This document shows, piece by piece, positions 7,508-16,158 of a stretch of DNA of 64,000 nt; the stretch's first letter is position 1; the number at the start of each line of letters is the position of its first letter. Under the pieces are notes generated by a model. That model was not told the origin of the DNA. It saw only the letters and a program-made list of their open reading frames with translations, and ran no database searches. The stretch is from Erythrobacter sp. (lineage in GTDB: Bacteria; Pseudomonadota; Alphaproteobacteria; Sphingomonadales; Sphingomonadaceae): the NCBI GenBank assembly GCA_039985875.1, contig JBDWRU010000010.1, positions 7,266-71,265 on the forward strand, given 5' to 3'. Position numbers and translations under genes: made by a program.

Positions 7508-7675
7508 AACTCTTCTGATCACGATCTGCCAAGAGACTGTGACCGCAAAACTGGCCTGTAATCCGATGAGACTGATGCAGAAGCTCACGCCAACGGCGGT
7601 TTGGTCTGCTGAAGCCTGCGCACACCGCAGCTTTGCGCAGGCGGCCTGTAAGCTGAGACTAGTGCTGGGGGTAGG

Positions 7676-7765
7676 TGGCGGAGACGGTGGGATTCGAACC
7701 CACGAAAGAGTTGCCCCTTTACACACTTTCCAGGCGTGCGCCTTCGACCACTCGGCCACGTCTCC
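7676..7765 (-). tRNA. tRNA-Ser (anticodon GGA)
   Basis: 90-nt cloverleaf read on the minus strand. Acceptor GGAGACG / CGTCTCC-G-CCA (CCA encoded) and D arm GCCGAGTGGTCGAAGGC. Anticodon stem-loop CACGC-CUGGAAA-GUGUG, a long variable arm, and T arm GTGGG-TTCGAAT-CCCAC. Confidence 0.9.
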
Positions 7766-7896
7766 GCGTTCCTATCTGCGTTACCGCTACGCTGCGTTAC
7801 CGCTAAGCTGCTTGAACGCGGCGGGCAGCAGGAACGGCGCGGATAGACTGACAAGAACCCTTTCGCAAGCGGCTTGAGAATGTCACACTGTGACTC

Positions 7897-8976
7897 ATGA
7901 AAAAACTCCTCCTCACTGCCGCTTGCGCCGCCGCACTTACCTTGCCTGTCCAAGCGCAGACCGAAGCCCCAACTGAGCCCGTAGGCGCGCCCTCACCCAA
8001 TGAAATCGTCGCTTTGGCTGCGCCTGAGGAATGGTTGACGATCCCAGCGGAAGACTTGCTGGTGATGACACTCGCGCCGGATGCGGCGGGCAAGGAACGC
8101 GAAGTCATAATCCAATTGATGCCCGCGCCCTTTTCGCAAGGGTGGGTTGAGAATATCCGCACCCTCGCCCGCGCCAAATGGTATGACGGGATCACCGTCA
8201 ACCGCGTGCAAGACAATTACGTCGTGCAATGGGGCGATGCCGGCCACGACAACCCCGAAAGCGGCGAGACTGAGACCAAGCCTTTGCCTGAAGGGCTTAA
8301 GGTGATGGGCGAGGATGACTACGTCGAAGAAACGTTTGTAATGGAAGGCGCTACGGACAAAGAATACTTGTATTGGCGCGCTTTGCTCGTCGGCCTATGG
8401 GCTTCGGGGACAGATGATGATGTTATCGAAACTCTTCCGCCAATGGCTCAAGCGGACGCTCGGAAAGCAGCATTAGCTGACAGATATTCTGGGGTAACAA
8501 GCTATTCACGAGGCTGGGCATTTGCTGGAAAGCCTGGAGAGGTTTGGCCAGTTCACTGCTATGGTATGGTCGGTGTTGGTAGGAGCTATTCGCCTGACAC
8601 GGGCTCCGGCGCAGAGCTTTATACCGTGATCGGCCACGCCCCGCGTCACTTGGATCGCAATATCGCGCTCGCCGGGCGGATCATTAGCGGGATTGAGCAT
8701 CTGTCTTCATTGCCGCGCGGTTCAGGCGCGCTGGGTTTCTACACCGACGATGAAAAGGAGCTTCGAACACCAATTCTGTCAGTGCGCGTCGCCAGTGATT
8801 TGCCCGGAGCAGAGCAACCACGGTTCGAATACCTTTCAACCGAAAGCCACTCATTCGGTGAATATGCTAAATCCCGTGCGAACCGCCGCGATCCGTTCTT
8901 CATCCAGCCCGCAAGCGGTGCAGATATCTGCAATATCCCAGTGCCCATTCGCGATGTGGAACTGGAGGCCCCTTGA
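7897..8976 (+). CDS. Secreted cyclophilin-type peptidyl-prolyl isomerase-like protein
   Basis: Signal peptide MKKLLLTAACAAALTLPVQAQ. Cyclophilin-like blocks ITVNRVQDNYVVQWGD and GMVGVGRSYSPDTGSGAELYTVIG...LDRNIALAGRIISG. Confidence 0.6.
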   Translation: MKKLLLTAACAAALTLPVQAQTEAPTEPVGAPSPNEIVALAAPEEWLTIPAEDLLVMTLAPDAAGKEREVIIQLMPAPFSQGWVENIRTLARAKWYDGITVNRVQDNYVVQWGDAGHDNPESGETETKPLPEGLKVMGEDDYVEETFVMEGATDKEYLYWRALLVGLWASGTDDDVIETLPPMAQADARKAALADRYSGVTSYSRGWAFAGKPGEVWPVHCYGMVGVGRSYSPDTGSGAELYTVIGHAPRHLDRNIALAGRIISGIEHLSSLPRGSGALGFYTDDEKELRTPILSVRVASDLPGAEQPRFEYLSTESHSFGEYAKSRANRRDPFFIQPASGADICNIPVPIRDVELEAP

Positions 8977-9308
8977 CTGAAAGGTTTTCCGCCACCCTTC
9001 CCTTGCGCCGATGGAACGGGGATCGCGGCACCTATCATCTGGTCGAATTCGACGGCGAGCACGCGGGAACCATTTCCACCCACGCGACGCTTCACCGCTT
9101 GGAATTCGGCAAACAACGCGGCTTTGGCTCGGTGAAATGCTATGCGACGATTGGCGACACGCGCTGGAAGACGAGCGTGTTTCCAATGAATGTCGATGAC
9201 ATGGCGAAGCGCACCAAGAACTGGACTCTGCTCGTTAACAAAAAAGTCATGCGGGTCGAGGATTTGGCTGAGGGAGATGCGGTCAATGTCGAGCTCGAAT
9301 TGCTCTAG
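8973..9308 (+). CDS. DUF1905-family protein
   Basis: 111 aa, with GSVKCYATIGDTRWKTSVFP typical of DUF1905. 4-nt overlap with the upstream gene. Confidence 0.55.
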   Translation: MTERFSATLPLRRWNGDRGTYHLVEFDGEHAGTISTHATLHRLEFGKQRGFGSVKCYATIGDTRWKTSVFPMNVDDMAKRTKNWTLLVNKKVMRVEDLAEGDAVNVELELL

Positions 9309-9314
9309 CTGGCC

Positions 9315-9755
9315 CTAACGCTGGATTTCCGGATCAACCCAACGACCGAAGAAATTGCGCTTTGGTCGCCCACGAACCTGATTGCCAAGCAGGTATGAAA
9401 TCACCAAGCAGACCGATCCAACAATGGCATGTTCTGCACCATCTCCTGCAAGGCGATGAGCCGCCAATGCCATAACCATATTAATGAAATACGCGGCATA
9501 GGCCATGTCGCGCAGATCATTGTAGCGATGGGTCAAGATCACAATTGCGGCGATGATTTTCAATCCGGCGAGCGGATAAACAACGTAAGTCGGATAGCCG
9601 AACCGTTCAAAAAAGCCCGCGGCCGCGCCATAATTGCTCAAATACATAAAGGCCGCAAAGCCCAACAGAGCCAGTACAACTGCGGTGGCCAACCAATACA
9701 CTACCACCTTAATTGACTTCATATTCGCAATCCTTCTTGCCATGATTGCCATCAA
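9315..9755 (-). CDS. DoxX-like integral membrane protein
   Basis: 146 aa with about four hydrophobic helices. Start codon choice is uncertain (several Met in the first 12 aa). Confidence 0.45.
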   Translation of the reverse strand: MMAIMARRIANMKSIKVVVYWLATAVVLALLGFAAFMYLSNYGAAAGFFERFGYPTYVVYPLAGLKIIAAIVILTHRYNDLRDMAYAAYFINMVMALAAHRLAGDGAEHAIVGSVCLVISYLLGNQVRGRPKRNFFGRWVDPEIQR

Positions 9756-11842
9756 ATCCGCTCGGCCTGCGCCACCGCATCGCTGGCGCGGAGCGCGCTG
9801 ATAATTCGATTGAGATGAGCCAAGTCCTGAACGTCGGCTTCGATCGCATATGTCACGAAGGGGTTATCGACCTGCGTCTGCGAAAGGTTCGTCACATTGG
9901 TCTTATTCTGTGCAAATACGCCCGCCATTTCCGCCAATGCACCGGGACGGTCATAGATCGTGACGGAGAGTCGCCCGACCGCACCATGCGATCTTTTGCC
10001 CCAACTCAAGTCTAACCAATCCGCGTCCACCCCGTCCGCCAAATTGGGGCAATCAATCGAGTGGACAAGCACATTTTCGCCTTTACGCCTGAGGCCTACT
10101 ATCCGGTCGCCCGGAACCGGGTGGCAGCAATCCGCAAGAGTGTAGCCAACATCTGGGGTTAGGCCCCTGATCGAGATCGCACGATCACGCGCTTGCCACT
10201 CATTGTCTTCTTCAAAGTCAGACGTGCAGCCGGGCACCAGCGATTCCATTACTTCGCGGTCGGTCAGCTTTGCCGAGCCAATCGCAAACATCAGATCCTC
10301 GGGCTCTTCCAAGCCAAGCCGCTCCACCGCAGCACGGATCGCCTTCTTGCCAATCCGCGCAGGGACGCGTGCGGAGATTTCATCAAACAGTTTGGAGCCA
10401 ATCGAGGCGACTTCCTCGCGCTCTTTTAAACGCACGGCACGCCGCACAGAAGCGCGCGCTTTGCCAGTCACCACAAAACCCAACCACGCAAGTTGCGGCT
10501 CGGCCTTCTTGCCTTTGATAATCTCAACCACATCGCCATTGTTGAGCGGCGTGCGAAGCGGCATGTGGCGCCCATTGATCTTCGCACCCACCGTCGCAAG
10601 GCCAAGGTCCGTGTGAACGGCAAAGGCAAAGTCGACCGAGGTTGCGCCCTTGGGCAGTTGAAACAGCGCGCCCTTGGGTGTGAAGGCAAAGATGCGATCC
10701 TGATAAATCGCCATGCGCGTGTGTTCGAGCAGCTCCTCGGCATCGTGGCTGACATCGACAATCTCGATCAGATCGCGCAGCCAGCCCACTTGTCCATCGT
10801 GCTTGTCGCCTTGCTTATATGCCCAGTGCGAAGCCAACCCAAATTCATTGCGGCGATGCATATTGCGTGTGCGGATTTGCACTTCAACCCGCATCGAATT
10901 CTCATACATCAATGACGTGTGCAGAGAACGATAGCCGTTGGTTTTCGGTGTCGAGATATAGTCTTTGAACTTGCCCGGTAGAAACTGCCACGTCGTGTGC
11001 AATACACCCATCGCGCGGTAACAATCCGCATCGCTATCGGTCAGAACACGGAAGGCCATAATGTCAGTGACCTGCTCAAAACTGACATGGCGTTCGGCCA
11101 TCTTCTTCCAGATTGAAAAAGGATGCTTTTCGCGCCCTGACACCTCGACATTCAAGCCCGCTTCGGCGAGCGCTTGCTTGATCGCCAGCGCAATCGCATC
11201 CACCTGCCCTCCATCTTGACCGCGCAGACTTTCCAGCCGTTTGGTGATGGTTGTAAACGCCTCTGGCTCAAGCTCTTTGAACGCGAGCGCCTGCATCTCA
11301 CGCATATATTCATACATGCCCACCCGTTCGGCGAGAGGAGCGTAGATATCCATCGTCTCGCGCGCGATACGTTGTCGCTTCTCTGGCTTTTTGATGAAGT
11401 GCAGCGTGCGCATATTGTGTAGCCGGTCGGCAAGCTTAACGAGCAGCACCCGAATATCTTCGGACATCGCCAGCAAGAACTTGCGCAGGTTCTCCGCGGC
11501 GCGTTCATTTTCCGGCATCGCCTCGATTTTGGAAAGCTTGGTCACGCCATCAACCAACCGCGCGACTTCGGTCCCAAAATGCTGTTCAATATCGTCAATC
11601 GTCGCCAGCGTGTCTTCAACGGTATCGTGGAGCAGTGCGGTGATGATCGTTTCTTGATCGAGTTGCAGGTCCGTCATCAGCCCTGCGACTTCAACCGGGT
11701 GCGAGAAGTATGGGTCTCCGCTCGCGCGCTTTTGCGTGCCGTGCTTTTGAACTGTGTAGACATAGGCGCGGTTGAGCGCCGCTTCATCAGCGTCTGGATC
11801 GTATTCTAGGACCCGTTCAACAAGTTCGTATTGGCGCAGCAT
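9752..11842 (-). CDS. spoT: Bifunctional (p)ppGpp synthetase/hydrolase (RelA/SpoT homolog)
   Basis: 696 aa. HD hydrolase region (GDPYFSHPVEVA, LHDTVEDT), synthetase region (YRSLHT), then TGS and C-terminal ACT-like regions. Confidence 0.9.
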   Translation of the reverse strand: MLRQYELVERVLEYDPDADEAALNRAYVYTVQKHGTQKRASGDPYFSHPVEVAGLMTDLQLDQETIITALLHDTVEDTLATIDDIEQHFGTEVARLVDGVTKLSKIEAMPENERAAENLRKFLLAMSEDIRVLLVKLADRLHNMRTLHFIKKPEKRQRIARETMDIYAPLAERVGMYEYMREMQALAFKELEPEAFTTITKRLESLRGQDGGQVDAIALAIKQALAEAGLNVEVSGREKHPFSIWKKMAERHVSFEQVTDIMAFRVLTDSDADCYRAMGVLHTTWQFLPGKFKDYISTPKTNGYRSLHTSLMYENSMRVEVQIRTRNMHRRNEFGLASHWAYKQGDKHDGQVGWLRDLIEIVDVSHDAEELLEHTRMAIYQDRIFAFTPKGALFQLPKGATSVDFAFAVHTDLGLATVGAKINGRHMPLRTPLNNGDVVEIIKGKKAEPQLAWLGFVVTGKARASVRRAVRLKEREEVASIGSKLFDEISARVPARIGKKAIRAAVERLGLEEPEDLMFAIGSAKLTDREVMESLVPGCTSDFEEDNEWQARDRAISIRGLTPDVGYTLADCCHPVPGDRIVGLRRKGENVLVHSIDCPNLADGVDADWLDLSWGKRSHGAVGRLSVTIYDRPGALAEMAGVFAQNKTNVTNLSQTQVDNPFVTYAIEADVQDLAHLNRIISALRASDAVAQAERI

Positions 11843-11893
11843 TGGATGTGAATGTGCGGCGGAGTGTCGCGCGCCGCAAGCTTAAAAGCGCGA

Positions 11894-12775
11894 TTAGGCA
11901 AAGGAAACGATCAAATCGCCATTTTGATTTACGTCGCACTGCGCGAATTTGAGCGCACCACAACGCTCTTGCGATTCAGTTCCGCTGACCAAATCGAAGC
12001 GATAGCCATGCCACGGACACGTCAACTGCCCCGCATCAATGTTGGCATCGGCAAGCGGCGCGAGCATATGGGGGCATTGCGCCGCATGGGCTGTCCATTC
12101 GCCGTCGACCTGCCGCACGCAGAACCGCTGACGCTCCAATTCAACCGAGTGGCTTTGCGATGGATCAAGCCCGCTGGCCTTACCCAGATTGGCCTTGGCC
12201 ACCCGCTTAGCTAGAAGCGTCTCGCGCAAATCCTTTTGCAGGTCGAGCGCGCTTTGCCGCGCCGTCATCAAGGCTTCGTCTTCGTCGTAAAGCTGGGTGT
12301 ACTGGGCCTGTAGTCCGGCAAGAACCGCTTGCGCAAATTCCTTTGTTGGTGGCTCAAACTCAGCATAAAAACGCACATCCACTTCAATCCCGCCAGCATC
12401 ACGTTCGCGCGCCTTTGTGTGGATTTGCGCACCTTGGCCAAATCCGGACACAACCGTCGTTGCCCAATAATGCTGCTCAAGATCGACCAACAGCTCAATC
12501 GCTTGTTCACCGCCACCATTCGGCAGATCGACCATACAACGCCAGCCCCATGCGCCTTCTTCAACTAGCCGGATCGAAGCGAAAGAGCTTTGGTGAATGA
12601 AAGGCAGATGCTCCCAATCGAACGCGTTTTCCATCATCCGCGTTAGGTTGGCGGGCAAAGGGCGCACATAGTTGCCAAGGTAGTGAAGCGAATTCAGAGC
12701 GGCATAATCGATCGTCTTGCTTCGCCTCGCGTACAGCTCACGGTGAGGCTCCCGGGCGGTCTCAGCATTCGACAT
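11894..12775 (-). CDS. Rieske [2Fe-2S] protein with an N-terminal oxygenase-like iron motif
   Basis: C-terminal CPHMLAPL-x-CPWHGYRF (C-x-H-x16-C-x2-H). N-terminal MENAFDWEHLPFIH (E-x3-D-x2-H-x4-H). Confidence 0.65.
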   Translation of the reverse strand: MSNAETAREPHRELYARRSKTIDYAALNSLHYLGNYVRPLPANLTRMMENAFDWEHLPFIHQSSFASIRLVEEGAWGWRCMVDLPNGGGEQAIELLVDLEQHYWATTVVSGFGQGAQIHTKARERDAGGIEVDVRFYAEFEPPTKEFAQAVLAGLQAQYTQLYDEDEALMTARQSALDLQKDLRETLLAKRVAKANLGKASGLDPSQSHSVELERQRFCVRQVDGEWTAHAAQCPHMLAPLADANIDAGQLTCPWHGYRFDLVSGTESQERCGALKFAQCDVNQNGDLIVSFA

Positions 12776-12781
12776 TGAGGG

Positions 12782-13228
12782 TTATTGCTCCGCACGCCTT
12801 GGCGGCCAATTGCCTTCATCAACCATTCGCTTGATGTCGGGTTTGTCTGGTCCTGGCATTGGATAGCCCCGCTCTTCCAGTAGCGCTGTCACCCGTTCTC
12901 TCGCGTCAAATTCTGGACCACGCTGAAGCTTGCTCGTCTGGACTGCGTAGCCTGCCGTCCAGCCAAATTGCGACACCGCAAATGGATCGGCGCCAGCCTT
13001 CAGGAGTTTTTCGGCGATCGTGAACTGATCGGTCTTGGCAGCAATTATCAATGGAGTTTGGCCCTTCTTGTCGGCCTCTTCGAGAATTGCACCTTCGGCG
13101 ATCAATTGCTCCACGCTAGATGAATCTTCCATCATCACTGCGTCGACAAGGTTCTCGCTTTTGCCTGACATGGAACAGCTCCCTAATATTCCTGCGATTG
13201 CGATAAGCGCCCGCCTTAGCATGAGCAA
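12782..13228 (-). CDS. Ankyrin-repeat lipoprotein (predicted periplasmic)
   Basis: Lipobox ILGSC near the N-terminus. Ankyrin repeats (KKGQTPLIIAAKTDQFTIAEKLLKAGADP). The start (TTG 13228 or ATG 13222) overlaps the lipase stop at 13216-13218. Confidence 0.65.
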   Translation of the reverse strand: MLMLRRALIAIAGILGSCSMSGKSENLVDAVMMEDSSSVEQLIAEGAILEEADKKGQTPLIIAAKTDQFTIAEKLLKAGADPFAVSQFGWTAGYAVQTSKLQRGPEFDARERVTALLEERGYPMPGPDKPDIKRMVDEGNWPPRRAEQ

Positions 13229-14067
13229 CCCGACGCAGCAGCTTTAGCCTTAAGCGCGCCATGTTGCTGTTCAAGCGCACCGTTGACCGCTGGCATTTTG
13301 TGCAACTCGACGGCCCGCGCAGCGGCAGCTTTAGTATATTTGTAAGCGCCCTTGATTGGAATCAATCCATCCCAAATGCCAAGGTCAGCCCGCTCCAAGG
13401 TGCTCGCAACGTTCGTTGGAGGAGCGATACTATATGGGGTCCCTACACCGCTTGGAGCAACTGGCAATGCGCTCTGCACTGACGTCAGCAATTCTCCTTT
13501 CACCTGCACCGCATCAATAGGCGGAGCATCAAACCAAGAGCGATTGGCCCAATGGAGTCCAGCTGAGTTGAACGTTGTAGCATGAGTGCCGCTTGCATGA
13601 GCGGCGGCACTGGCCAAGCCTCCCCCCAACGAATGACCAACGAATTTCACATCGCCCACTTCGCCTGTGCCGGCATTCGATGCAGCGTCTCGACCGATCA
13701 ACTTCGCTCTGGAATAGTAGTCGGAGCGGCTAGTCGTACCTTGCGAAAAGTTCTGAACCCAGTCAGCGCCGGACTCCGTCCCCTTGAATGACACTTTGTA
13801 GTCGTTTGTACCGTTCTTCTTGAACACACCTGCCCTGAACTCGCTGTCTTCCGGGTTCAAGTCTTCGACCGTCAAGTCGAGTTTTGCGAGCTCATCTGGA
13901 TCAGTAACTTCCGTGTATCCAGCAACGTTGCGCTCACCAAATGGTTGATACACTGCGCCGGCCAATTCCGCCTCTTCCTGAAACATCTCGACTTTGGCGA
14001 TCTCAGCGCAAATCGGCTCGCATCCCGCCATGCAAGGTTGAACCGCGCCGCTACCCACGATGACCAT
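13216..14067 (-). CDS. Class-3-lipase / DUF2974-like alpha/beta hydrolase, no signal peptide
   Basis: GxSxG nucleophile elbow VGHSLGGGLASAAA preceded by YKVSFKGTESGADWVQN. Start is ATG 14067 or TTG 14079; both overlap the upstream ORF. Confidence 0.65.
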   Translation of the reverse strand: MVIVGSGAVQPCMAGCEPICAEIAKVEMFQEEAELAGAVYQPFGERNVAGYTEVTDPDELAKLDLTVEDLNPEDSEFRAGVFKKNGTNDYKVSFKGTESGADWVQNFSQGTTSRSDYYSRAKLIGRDAASNAGTGEVGDVKFVGHSLGGGLASAAAHASGTHATTFNSAGLHWANRSWFDAPPIDAVQVKGELLTSVQSALPVAPSGVGTPYSIAPPTNVASTLERADLGIWDGLIPIKGAYKYTKAAAARAVELHKMPAVNGALEQQHGALKAKAAASGCSC

Positions 14068-14389
14068 ACTTTCGAGCAATGTCGTTTAACAGCTTCAGCC
14101 GATCTGGCTCTTCTACGGGCGCAAAGATTGCATCCATCGTTTCCAGATAATCAAGGTCGCCCAATTCCGGCATCAGCGCGCGGGCGTAGAGAAACAGAAA
14201 CTGTTCCTCATCTTCTTGAACACCGGCGACCTCAAACTCGTCTCGATGCGCAAAGACCAATCGCTCCGTCACCGCTTTGTCGGCATCAGAGGAAATCGCC
14301 TGCTTCCACCACGCGTGGAAGCGCGCCGGAAAACCGGCTGCGTTGTCCGCCTCATAGGCGTCCATCAATTGATCAGAGACGACGTGCAC
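14051..14389 (-). CDS. Small acidic hypothetical protein (112 aa)
   Basis: GTG start, coding-like composition, and an overlap with the lipase gene start. No recognisable motif. Confidence 0.45.
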   Translation of the reverse strand: MHVVSDQLMDAYEADNAAGFPARFHAWWKQAISSDADKAVTERLVFAHRDEFEVAGVQEDEEQFLFLYARALMPELGDLDYLETMDAIFAPVEEPDRLKLLNDIARKYGHRG

Positions 14390-14448
14390 CTACAGCCTCC
14401 CATTTGCGAGCATCACGCTAACGCGTTAGCCTGGCGGTAACAAGAGGT

Positions 14449-15306
14449 TCAACTCCAAACCGCCCTTGGAGGTAAGCTCATCAAGATCGCATCAATATTG
14501 CCGCCGGTCTTTAAACCGAACAAAGTGCCTCGATCATACACCAGGTTAAATTCGGCATAGCGCCCCCGATATTCGAGCTGAAGGGTCTCATCCTCTGGCG
14601 TAAATTTCGCCCCCATCCGCTTTCGGACCAGCTTTGGGAAGATATCGAGAAAGGCTTTGCCGACATCCTGAGTGAACGCGAAGTTGCGCTCAAAACTTGC
14701 ATCATCCTCACATTCCAAATGGTCGTAAAAGATGCCTCCTACCCCGCGATGAACTCCGCGATGTGGGATGTAGAAATAGTCATCTGCCCATTTCTTGTAG
14801 CGATCATAATAGGTTGGGTTATGGCCCGCGCAGGCCGCGCGCAGGCAGGCGTGGAATTCTTCGGTGTCCTCCTCTTTGGGGATCGCCGGATTGAGGTCTG
14901 CCCCGCCACCAAACCACGCTTTTCCGGTGGTTAGGAAGCGCGTGTTCATATGCACGGCGGGCGCATGCGGGTTCGCCATATGCGCCACCAGTGAAATTCC
15001 AGTCGCAGCAAAGCCGGGATTGTCCGGGTCCGCTCCATTCACTTGGTTCGCAAACTCCGGCGAGAAATTGCCTCGCACGGTTGAGACATTGACCCCGACC
15101 TTCTCGAACACCTGCCCCTTCATCAGTCCTTGGACGCCCCCGCCCGGCTCGTCATTGCCGTCCTCTTCGCGGGTCCATGGAGTGTATTGGAACATCGCAT
15201 CGGATCCGCCTTCGCGTTCAATTTCTTCAAACGCGGCGCAAATCTGATCGCGCAACGCTTCGAACCAACCGCGCGCTTTGTCTGTTTGCTTGTCCCAATC
15301 ACTCAT
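14449..15306 (-). CDS. hemF: Oxygen-dependent coproporphyrinogen III oxidase
   Basis: YTPWTREEDG, GGGVQGLMKGQVFEKVGVNVSTV and HRGVHRGVGGIFYD are typical of HemF. Start set to ATG 15306 (MSDWDK). Confidence 0.85.
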   Translation of the reverse strand: MSDWDKQTDKARGWFEALRDQICAAFEEIEREGGSDAMFQYTPWTREEDGNDEPGGGVQGLMKGQVFEKVGVNVSTVRGNFSPEFANQVNGADPDNPGFAATGISLVAHMANPHAPAVHMNTRFLTTGKAWFGGGADLNPAIPKEEDTEEFHACLRAACAGHNPTYYDRYKKWADDYFYIPHRGVHRGVGGIFYDHLECEDDASFERNFAFTQDVGKAFLDIFPKLVRKRMGAKFTPEDETLQLEYRGRYAEFNLVYDRGTLFGLKTGGNIDAILMSLPPRAVWS

Positions 15307-15352
15307 ACCAAGCAGCCTTGCCAACCAAGCCGATTGAGGGCAAGCAAAAGCA

Positions 15353-16060
15353 ATGGTTCCTGTTTCGTTCGCACCCTTGGAATTCGCTGGCGAAGAGCTT
15401 GTTCTACTCAAGAACAACGCGCTTTATTGGCCGCGTGAACGCGCGCTATTGGTGGCGGACCTGCATTTGGAAAAGGGAAGTTGGTATGCCCAAATGGGTC
15501 AGATGCTCCCGCCCTATGATAGCCGCGAAACATTGGAGCGGTTGGCAGATGCCGTGAAGGCGACAGGCGCGCGTCGGGTCATCACTTTGGGCGACAACTT
15601 CCATGATGATGCGGGCACGTATCGGCTGGATGATTATGCGTGCGGCATGCTCGAATCGCTGATCCGTACGCTCGATTGGGTTTGGATCTCCGGCAACCAT
15701 GATGAGCATATGCATCGCGGTTTTGGCGCGAATGTTATGGATGAAATTGAGATCAACGGGATCGTGCTGCGCCACGAAGCCAAGCGAGGGGAGACGCGCG
15801 CGGAGGTTTCCGGGCACTATCACCCCAAGATGCGCCTGCGGGTCAGGAACCGCCATATCGCCCGGCCATGCGGCGTAGTGAGTCGACAAACGGGGCGCGG
15901 TGACAGGATGATTGCCCCGGCTTTCGGCGCCTACACGGGCGGGATGGATGCAGCGGCACCAGAGATCCTGCATGCACTCGGACCTGCGGGTGAAATCGAC
16001 GCGGTTCTGCCCGCAAAAGGCAAATTGGTCACATTCCCTCTTTATCGGGAAGCCGCATAA
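15353..16060 (+). CDS. pdeM: Ligase-associated DNA damage response metallophosphoesterase PdeM-like
   Basis: ALYWPRERALLVADLHLEKGS, ITLGDNFHD and ISGNHD are calcineurin-like phosphoesterase motifs in the PdeM arrangement. Confidence 0.65.
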   Translation: MVPVSFAPLEFAGEELVLLKNNALYWPRERALLVADLHLEKGSWYAQMGQMLPPYDSRETLERLADAVKATGARRVITLGDNFHDDAGTYRLDDYACGMLESLIRTLDWVWISGNHDEHMHRGFGANVMDEIEINGIVLRHEAKRGETRAEVSGHYHPKMRLRVRNRHIARPCGVVSRQTGRGDRMIAPAFGAYTGGMDAAAPEILHALGPAGEIDAVLPAKGKLVTFPLYREAA

Positions 16061-16158
16061 GACTCTTCACTGGTATTTTTACCCGATATTCCCTACATAG
16101 CGCCCATCAAACAGGCTGAATCAGGAGAAACCACATAGCCCGTCCACCCCGGCGTTCG

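Larger units (their letters stand above)
1..7675. mobile_element. Right-hand end of an integrated genomic island / degenerate prophage-like element abutting tRNA-Ser (left end outside window)
   Basis: Contains a large serine recombinase plus DUF2924/DUF3489 partners, a ParB-methyltransferase fusion and DUF5681 paralogs. An AT-richer cargo operon sits at nt 1-2263. The element ends at the 3' end of tRNA-Ser. No capsid, tail or terminase genes are visible. Confidence 0.6.

Noticed and set aside
1-7675. Calling the island an intact prophage
   Set aside because: No capsid, portal, tail, lysis or large terminase genes are visible in the window. Only recombination, methylation and DUF5681 genes are present, so at most it is a remnant, a satellite or the end of an element that continues leftwards.
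7356-7953. ORFs 7356..7877 (+), 7439..7759 (-) and 7585..7953 (-)
   Set aside because: They run through the tRNA-Ser gene and the repeat array. 7439..7759 literally translates the tRNA. None has a motif, so they are not coding.
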